Source of the DNA: Nemertoderma westbladi
Taxonomy: Eukaryota; Animalia; Xenacoelomorpha
Direction of reading: 5' to 3'
NCBI GenBank assembly: GCA_032718475.1
Contig: JAUCBJ010003337.1
Span: forward strand, 1-61,109
DNA length: 61,109 nt
Both the position numbers and the translations under genes were made by a program. The notes beneath the pieces are model-generated. The model did no database searches, was not told the origin of the DNA, and worked only from the letters and a program-made list of their open reading frames with translations. Positions 53,078 through 61,109 of this stretch are shown one piece after another; the first letter of the stretch is position 1, and each line of letters opens with the position of its first letter.

Positions 53078-53916
53078 ATCTTGTCTTGGTTAGAGAAGGC
53101 AGCCACTATCAGCCACGACTTGGTTTTGGTTAGGGAAGGCAGCCACTATCAGCCACGATTTTGTTTTGGTTAGAGAAGGCAGCCACTATCAGCCACGATT
53201 TTGTTTTGGTTAGAGAAGGCAGCCACTATCAGCCACGATTTTGTTTTGGTTAGGTTAGAGAAGGCAGCCACTATCAGCCACAATTTTGTTTTGGTTAGAG
53301 AAGGCAGCCACTATCAGCCACGATTTTGTTTTGGTTAGAGAAGGCAGCCACTACCAGCCACGATTTTGTTTTGGTTAGAGAAGGCAGCCACTATCAGCCA
53401 CGATTTTGTTTCGGTTAGAGAAGGTAGCCACTATCAGCCACGATTTTGTTTTGGATAGAGAAGGCAGCCACTATCAGCCACAATTGTGTTTTGGTTAGAG
53501 AAGGCAGCCACTATCAGCCACGATTTTGTTTTGGTTAGAGAAGGCAGCCACTATCATCCACGACTTTGTTTTGGTTAGAGAAGGCAGCCACTATAAGCCA
53601 CGATTTTGTTTTGGTTAGAGAAGGCAGCCACTATCAGCCACGATTTTGTTTTGGTTAGAGAAGGCAGCCACTATAAGCCACGATTTTGTTTTGGTTAGAG
53701 AAGGCAGCCACTATCAGCCACGATTTTGTTTTGGCTTTAGAGAAGGCAGCCACTATCATCCACGATTTTGTTTTGGTTAGAGAAGGCAGCCACTATAAGC
53801 CACGATTTTGTTTTGGTTAGAGAAGGCAGCCACTATCAGCCACGATTTTGTTTTGGTTAGAGAAAGCAGCCACTATCAGCCACGATTTTGTTTTGGTTAG
53901 GAAGGCAGCCACTATC
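53078..53916. repeat. 40-bp tandem repeat, about 21 copies
   Basis: Unit TTTTGTTTTGGTTAGAGAAGGCAGCCACTATCAGCCACGA. Confidence 0.97.
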
Positions 53917-53980
53917 ACATTCCCTTTTCCCTCAAATGGCGATCAGCTCTGCTGTTGTTTCACCAACCGTGTGTGCACGT

Positions 53981-54363
53981 TAGTGTTTAAACGGGATCCC
54001 GATCCCGAAAAACCGGAATCCCGGCGAAAAATGCAATCCCGTTCCCGATCCGGATATTTTTGGAACGGGATTCCGAAGAATATATAGTTAAATAAATTTC
54101 TTGAATATCTGATAAATAGTTTCAGGTTCAGCAGAACGGAAATATTTTGATTATATAGAATTTTTATGTCATTTTAATTTCAGAAGTGTAAGATAAAGTG
54201 AGTGTTACACAAAACCCGTAAAACAACAAAATACACATACTAATAACTTTAAGGAACTTAATCTAAAATTGCAATCCCGTTCCCGAAAATCGAGATCCCG
54301 AGAGAGATAAACCCAGGTCCCGATCCCTGCAATCGCGAAAAGACTGATCCCATTTAAACACTA
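53981..54363. mobile_element. hAT-type MITE (383 bp)
   Basis: TIR TAGTGTTTAAA(C/T)GGGATC; perfect 8-bp TSD GTGCACGT. Confidence 0.92.
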
Positions 54364-54391
54364 GTGCACGTGCAGCTATTAGGGTGGATAC

Positions 54392-55691
54392 TAGTGTTGA
54401 GAACTGTAACTGTAATTATACTGTAACTGCAACTGTAACTGAATGGTTTTGATGATTTTTTTGATACTGTAACTATAACTGTAACTGTAATTGCGAACTT
54501 TGAATACTGTAACTGAAACTGTAATTACGTATTTTGAATACTGTAACTGAAACTGAAACTGAAATTAACAAAATCCGATTCAGTTCTCAATCACACAATT
54601 AACATAAATGAGCATTTAAAACAGTATTGTAATAAAGTATAGAGTATAGTTTAATAAATGAATAACAGTGGTTACCATAGGTATCATTTTTAAAACATTG
54701 TTATAAAAAAAACAATCTCGTTTTTTCCACTTCTGAACAAAACCATAATATTACACAATATAAAATCAAAGACCCATTGCCCACTTAGCTCAAATGTGAT
54801 TTATTTGGAGAGTCAAGTAGTGAACGAAGATCTAGCATATAGTCTATGTTTATCTGTCTCAACTATTAGACTATTATCAGACCTTATCACCACTTTTGCT
54901 TCATATTAAATGTAAATGTTTTAGATAAACAAAGAAAAGTTAGGCTTAATGGTAGAGGGATATTAACGGATATATATTTTACATTATTAATTATTAATGT
55001 TTTTACCGGTACTATTAATATCACAATCACACTAGAGGCACACTGGAAATTAAATTTTGATCAAGTTTACCATTATAAAAACAAAATTAAACTTAAAAGT
55101 GAAAGGAGCAGCTTATCGAGGTGGGTCTATCCAAAACAATAAATATATCATTACTAAAACAAATTACGAATTAAGGAAAATGAGCAGGATTCAGAAGCAT
55201 GGCTTTATAACCAAAACAATAAATGATAACAATAAGTGTACAAGCACTGAAACAAGATGTACAGTAAAATGTGGGTGCCTTTAGTGTGATCTTGTGACGT
55301 GCCACTTTCATTACATACTATCAATATATTAGTTACAAAATATTACCATAGCGTGGGTCCAACTTTCCTACAACAACTACCTATTAGCTCTAGAAAGAGG
55401 ACGTTTCGTAATGAACATTATTATTAGCGTATATAACAGTAATATATTAAAGTGCCTCATTTTTAGTTTCAGATGACTGCTTACTACATGAGATCATATA
55501 TATTGAATCTATAACTGAAACTGTAACTGAAACTGAAATGCTCAATTTTGTAATACTGAAACTGTAACTGTAACTGAAATGTTACACTTTGTAATACTGA
55601 AACTGTAACTGTAACTGAAATGCAAAACTTTGAATACTGAAACTGTAACTGTAACTGAAATTAGTCAAAATTGATTCAGTTCTCAACACTA
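54392..55691. mobile_element. hAT-type non-autonomous element (1.3 kb)
   Basis: TIR TAGTGTTGAGAACTG / CAGTTCTCAACACTA; perfect 8-bp TSD GTGGATAC; subterminal (AACTGT/AACTGA)n arrays. Confidence 0.92.
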
Positions 55692-56161
55692 GTGGATACT
55701 CCCAAAGTCCCCAAAAAATATATTTTTTTACTATTACTTCTAATCGAGTATTTTTTTACTTTTATATTCAGTCCAGGCAATGAGCATATGGCTAAATGAT
55801 TCTTTAAAATACATTTTGAAATTTTTCAACGCCATCGAAAATGATTTAGTCCAAATTTAATGAAAATTTGTGTTTTTTGATCTTAAACAAAATCTACAAC
55901 GATTGGGCACATTTTTGAAATAAGTTTTTTCTATTTTTTTGGACAAAAAATGAGAAATTTTTTTAATATTTCTCTACAAAATTCTACCAAATAAGAATGT
56001 ACAGTCCGTAGAAAAGGTAACGAGATTTCCAACTTAAAAAATTGGACAGATAAAAATTAACTTGCTATTATTACTATTAACTATCAGGGTCTTACTATGT
56101 AGTTCATAGTGATGGTCCATACACCTAGACCGAACTATATATATCGTGCTGATTAACTTAC

Positions 56162-56320
56162 TATGTAGTCCATACACCTAGACCGAACTATATCGTGCAT
56201 GTCCTGATCTCCGTAAACTTGATGCGAAACGGCACGGAATAAGCAGGCGCCATCTTCGCGCATCTCCTTTATTATAAACCCGTGAGTTGCTTTAAGAAGA
56301 GATGCGAACTGCCGTTCCCG
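56162..56320 (-). CDS. OTUD5: OTUD5 exon 2 (catalytic Cys box)
   Basis: RERQF...[29 protein letters not shown]...CMDYI; CAG acceptor, GTAAGT donor; 159 nt. Confidence 0.95.
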
Positions 56321-56519
56321 CTGCGCAGAAAGTAAATAAAGAAATATTAGGTAGATAGGTAAATAAAGAAAGAAATAGCCTAGAAGAAGGGCAACGTGGG
56401 TGTTCAAAAAGGACAGGCCTAGAAACCATCCTTATTGCCGTAGACCCACCATGTAGATATTTCAGTATTCAGCCTCAAAATATTTTACATTTGAATGGGA
56501 TAATCTTTTAGGCTCGTTA

Positions 56520-56751
56520 AGCCAAGGAATGCCTGTTCACCACCATGGGTAATCTTCCACAGGAAACCCTTCCACTCTGTTTCCCAAGTTGCCTTGGTTC
56601 CCATTTATCGACCAGTTAAGGATGAAAGCCATGGTTCGGGCTAGGCTGCAGAATTTAAAGCATTGCGCCCAAACAGCTGCCCTATCTGGGGATCGAACCA
56701 GGGCTTTCTAATTGGAAGACCAAGAATGTAACCACTAGACAAAGCTGCTGC
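56520..56751 (-). mobile_element. tRNA-derived SINE with a Nin-like core
   Basis: Minus strand: TGTCTAGTGG A box, GGTTCGATCCC B box, GCTTTCATCC...GGTCGATAAATGGGAACC. Confidence 0.7.
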
Positions 56752-58039
56752 TTATTGAATATTTTATATTCATTATTTATTTACATTAATTAAATATTTT
56801 ATATTTGTAAAAAAATAAGATTTCAACCTCAAGTTTCCAGCTATCATAAATCCAAAGGCCATTACATCACATAAGGTGCTCTCGCTCTACTCAGCGCGGA
56901 GTTGTGGTGTATCATTTTAAAATTAAAGTTTTCGAGTAAATATACCTACACCCACTAAATCGAACTGTACAACAAATAGAAGCCTTCATATCAGCAAACT
57001 CCATTATATTCTGCGCGCGCGATCAAATGGTGTCCAAACGCTCAACTTCAGGGTGTTTGAGCTACCTCTAAATATATATCATTTGTGCTCAAATTTTACT
57101 CAAGGTGTTTTTTTTATCAGAAGAAAGGAACTTGGGGGGGTCAGAGGAGAATTTCCACAACTTTTAAATTTTACATTGAAATAAGGACCACCCTAATATA
57201 CACATTGAATCGAGGTTATAGGCCTAGTTGCAATAAGGTAGTAAAGTAATGTGATCCGCGAACGTGCGAAACACGAAACACCAGAGGCAACACGAAGGAT
57301 CCTCTCTCGTGGCTGTTACCTATAAAGCAGGGAGGACGCCACACTAACTCAAACGGGTGAACACTCCATAATATCCAACCCATTGTTGTCAATAATCAGT
57401 AAATATACTTTGAGTATTAACTGACCCATGAAATTTCAATGGATTGAGTTTTCAGCAAATATACAACTAATAATATTAATAAAAAGACTAGAAAGAGTTA
57501 CATCATAGGCGCTAAAGAATGTGATGTAGTATACATTGCCGCGAATAAACCGCAGTGTGACTTGGAACAGCGGATCTATTTGGATCATTTGTTTTGGAAA
57601 CTTTTTGTAATTTTCACTCTAAGATATTTATTGGTTTGTAAAACTGGGAAGGAAAGTAGTCTCACAAAGATTACAAATCTACCTAAACATTTTAATTTCG
57701 TTTAGATATAGATGAGATATAAGCGCTCGATAATTCCATGTTTTCCACAGCGTGGCAATGTTACTTTTTCTTACCTTTTCCTTACCTTTTCTGGAACATA
57801 GTTTCTCTACTAATATATTTAAGTACCGGTACCGGTCGTTAGTGTTTTGTAAAGGTATAGCTTTGAGAATAGGAAAACATGCATCATTCCAAGCCTCTAG
57901 TGAGATTAACTTGTGTTTCACATTTGAAATTCACAGAGAACAAATTTTCCGTCGTAACATATCAAGAATGCCCAGCAACATAAACGGAACTACTTATTAT
58001 CGTTTCACTAAATTGAAGATTAAAACCCAGACTACTAAC

Positions 58040-58642
58040 TTCTAGTACTTGCTCCTTCGCAGTGAGTTTATCCTCGGCAGGGGGGACCACCATCGGTTGG
58101 TCGTATTCATCCTCGCTGTTCCGCTCCGCAGCTGGGGACCCCTGGCCCTCCGTCGGGACAGAATGACTCACCGTCGAGGGGTCCTGGGGCGACACGGTTA
58201 CCAGGGTTATCGGCGGTGACTTGGGGGGCGCGACTAGGAGATGCGAGCCGGGTCGCTTCAGCCGTTGGGAGCCCCGGTGGTGTTCCAGACGGTGGCGACG
58301 TTTAATACTCGAGTTGCGTTCGTCCTCGCCGGGACCCCGGAAACGCCAACCATCGTCCCGAGATGTGGAAGCGTAGGGCCAGGAAGCGTTGCTAGGAGAC
58401 ACCCAACCGGAGCTGGAGGCCCAGGCGGGGTTGCTAGGAGACACCCAACCGGAGCTGGAGGCCCAGGAGGGGTTGTTAGGCGATACCCAACCGGGTGTGG
58501 ACGTGGAGGTGACGCTGGCACCGCGAGCGGTGGAGCTGCCGGTCTGACGGCTGGACGGAGGTGCGGTACCATGGCTCGATTCCCCGGGCCCCGATCGTCC
58601 GCTATCAGAATCTCCCTGTTTCTTAGTTGGCAAGATAGTCAT
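58040..58642 (-). CDS. OTUD5: OTU deubiquitinase 5, exon 1
   Basis: Starts MTILPTKK (family N-terminus MTILPKK); NSEDEY phospho-activation motif; donor GAA|GTTAGT (in-phase alternative CAA|GTACTA 9 nt earlier). Confidence 0.85.
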
Positions 58643-59264
58643 AATGGATCAGCCGCAATCTGTATATCAGTAAGTAAGAATACACTTGACCGAGTCAGCC
58701 AGTAGGCTACAAGTCAGGAGTCAGCCAGATCAGTGAAGTAGGCTACGTACTGACGTAACTTGCAACTCTTTGATTTTGGCTGCCAGAATCGCTAGTTTTG
58801 TGAAACATCTAGAAGGTCGTAGGTTAGGCAACTTGAAAATTCGAATGTGGGGATTAGAAAACCGGTCTTCTAGCTCACAAAATCAGCTACCGGTACTTAG
58901 CAGCTTAGTGCTGTAGTGAATTGATTTAACTGAACTGTTTGTATTTCCTGTAATCCAGTTACTCCATGCTACTTCAATAATAAAATCGTTTCACACAGTG
59001 CAGCAGTGGAAAGGAAACATAGCCCTAGCGCCTAACATTCAGAAATCAGCAGATCAGTAAAAACCAATATTATATTTAAGAATTTAAACCAGAAGCATAG
59101 GCATACTGCAGTACTGTATATTATATAAATGTTCAAATAATATATTAATCAATAATTACAGTACATTTGGTGTACCGGTACCGGTACTGGTATCTTTACA
59201 GCTTTATGTTATTTATGAGGAATGAGGCAGGAGGCACGGTTATCGTTCATATGCGTACCTCTGG

Positions 59265-59626
59265 CAAAAGAAGCAGGTTACATTGGTGGTGTTTTCTAAC
59301 CAAAACAATAAACTAATCTCCATTACTTAATTAACGGAAAGGAGCAGGTTACAGTGGTGGGCTTTTCTAACCAAAACAATAAACAATATCTCAATAACAT
59401 AGGGTATTTCATACTTATAGTCTTATTTTTGCAATACGAAAATACCAGAGGTACGCATATGAACTATAACTGGAGGCACAGTTGAAGCCGATAGGTTAGG
59501 AAATATCATCAGTAAATATCGGGTCCTACTAAACAGCCGGTACCCTAAAATAAGCCAACAATGTTTAGAAACGGCGAGGGAAAGGAGCAGGTTACAGTGG
59601 CAAGTTTTTCTAACCAAAACAATAAA
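59265..59626 (+). repeat. Three copies of a dispersed motif GGAAAGGAGCAGGTTACAGTGG...CTAACCAAAACAATAAA
   Basis: Also at about 4603, 14597 and 40883 (+) and 30585-30630 (-); probably a transposon terminus. Confidence 0.7.
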
Positions 59627-59714
59627 CGAGAGTGAAAAACAAGTATTTCGGGGTATTCTGGTTTGGGGTAATTCGTAGGACCGTTTTTAAAACACTACAC
59701 AAACAGAAAACAGT

Positions 59715-59801
59715 GCTACACGGTCAAGGCAGCAAGGGATCGAACAGCAGGGGCCTCCTAATTTGAAGCCCAGGAATTTCGCCACTAGACCATGCAGCTG
59801 C
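59715..59801 (-). mobile_element. Head of a related tRNA-derived SINE
   Basis: GCAGCTGCATGGTCTAGTGG...TGTTCGATCCC; similar to 56690-56751. Confidence 0.55.
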
Positions 59802-61109
59802 TTGAAAATAACAACTACAGAACTAGTTGCGGTAAATTGCGGTTAGTTGCGGTAAGTTGCGGTAAATTGCGGTAAGTTGCGATCGGTAAATATCAGGCAG
59901 TCAGGTGTCAGGTTTAAAGAAATTGACAAAATAAACATGTGTCAAACTGTTACGTAAGTTGGTGACCATAAAAATATATCACTTTTATAAATCATATCCT
60001 CATAAAATAATACTTCGGGTGCAAAACAGCAAAAGCCTTAGAGACACTCACCAAAAACACAAACACCATAATCATATTTTATTGTAGTAAATAGTATTAA
60101 AACTAAATTTTACCATTATTATTTTGAACAGGACATATTACAAACAGCAGAACAGTAAGAGTAAAAAGACAGAAAATATATAATCTGGGAGACAGCACAG
60201 ACCTACAAACCTGTGTCCATTTTAGCTGATCAACCATTAGAAGTATAATAACCCTGGAGTAAAAACAAACTCAGACTGTCGGATGGATTGGATAATTTAA
60301 TTAGTTAATAATAAAATGATTGCAGACATACTAATGGATTTTGCTCAAATTAAGTGCTAAAGTTTTCTACTTCGATTCGATACTCTTTCAACTGTTCAAC
60401 ACATGTAATATATATAATAAAGAAGTTACACCAAAAATAGTGTATTTCACTTTTTGCGCCGGAAAAAAAGTCGATGGAATCCTAATCCTCTGGGAAAATT
60501 TTTTCTTTGGAAAAAGGTGATTTTCTCTCGATTTTGGCGTATATTTGAGTGAAAAAGTACCGGCTAACCGGTACAGTAGCGTAACAATTTAAGAATAAAA
60601 ACCATATTCCGGCCAAACCCAAAGAAATTAATAGGCCTAATATTTTGGCAACATCGGCAACATATTCTGATATTTACCGTAACTGTTTAATATTAATACT
60701 GTATTTATTATTTAATCGTTACTTCTTCTCACGAATAAAGCACAAAATAGGGGAGAAAAATGTGTAGAAGGCACCCCATTAACCTAAGAACCTAACCCAT
60801 ATTCAGATATTGCCATAGCACCCAGGTTGGAATTCATGCATGAGCGCGCAGGTACGCTTTGTTGTTTTGAAATCACCGCGCACCTGAAATTGGCTCGTCG
60901 CGCACCTCATCATATGTCATAATCCAAACAAAATCGCGCAGCTCATGTCATGCATATCTCAAAAAATCGCACAGTTCATAAGAACAATTTTACATTCCTA
61001 TTTTACAAGTTTGAGCGTTTTAAGCTTATCTTTACGTCTGTCTGTCTGTACGTTGAATCTAGGCTTACATAATAAATGTAATTTTTGCAACATCAAAATT
61101 GTTAATATT

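Noticed and set aside
56670-56751. tRNA genes at SINE heads (also near 39910 and 59750)
   Set aside because: A/B boxes are present but I could not fold a full cloverleaf; two of them continue into SINE core sequence
54378-57197. ATTAGGGTGG ... CCACCCTAAT as one TIR element enclosing OTUD5 exon 2
   Set aside because: Similarity stops after about 11 bp; more likely two unrelated truncated elements
57600-57921. 80-aa ORF followed by ICNLC, faintly Rpp21-like
   Set aside because: In-frame stop and too little similarity to support without a profile search

Overview
AT-rich, repeat-dense window from an invertebrate animal genome. It holds two host genes: a 2-exon mitochondrial DnaJ/Tid1 (DNAJA3-like; + strand, 4925-8347, 507 aa) and an 8-exon OTUD5/DUBA deubiquitinase (- strand, 58642-32080, 585 aa reconstructed by hand). 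Between them lie a three-tier nest (TIR element with a 20-bp satellite > Kolobok-like element > 5'-truncated LINE) and a 15.4-kb degenerate BEL/Pao LTR retrotransposon with an unexplained extra ORF region and duplicated hairpin motifs. The OTUD5 introns contain RTE fragments, hAT MITEs with 8-bp TSDs, tRNA-derived SINEs, Helentron-like repeats, a decayed ALDH3 fragment, a Ulp1-protease-like fragment and three satellites. The most striking observation is a 3.7-kb satellite whose 30-bp unit is the OTUD5 exon-3/intron-3 junction. This gives about 115 tandem copies of a 5' splice site, all but the first lying behind an in-frame stop. All calls are by eye; family assignments rest on remembered motifs, not database searches.
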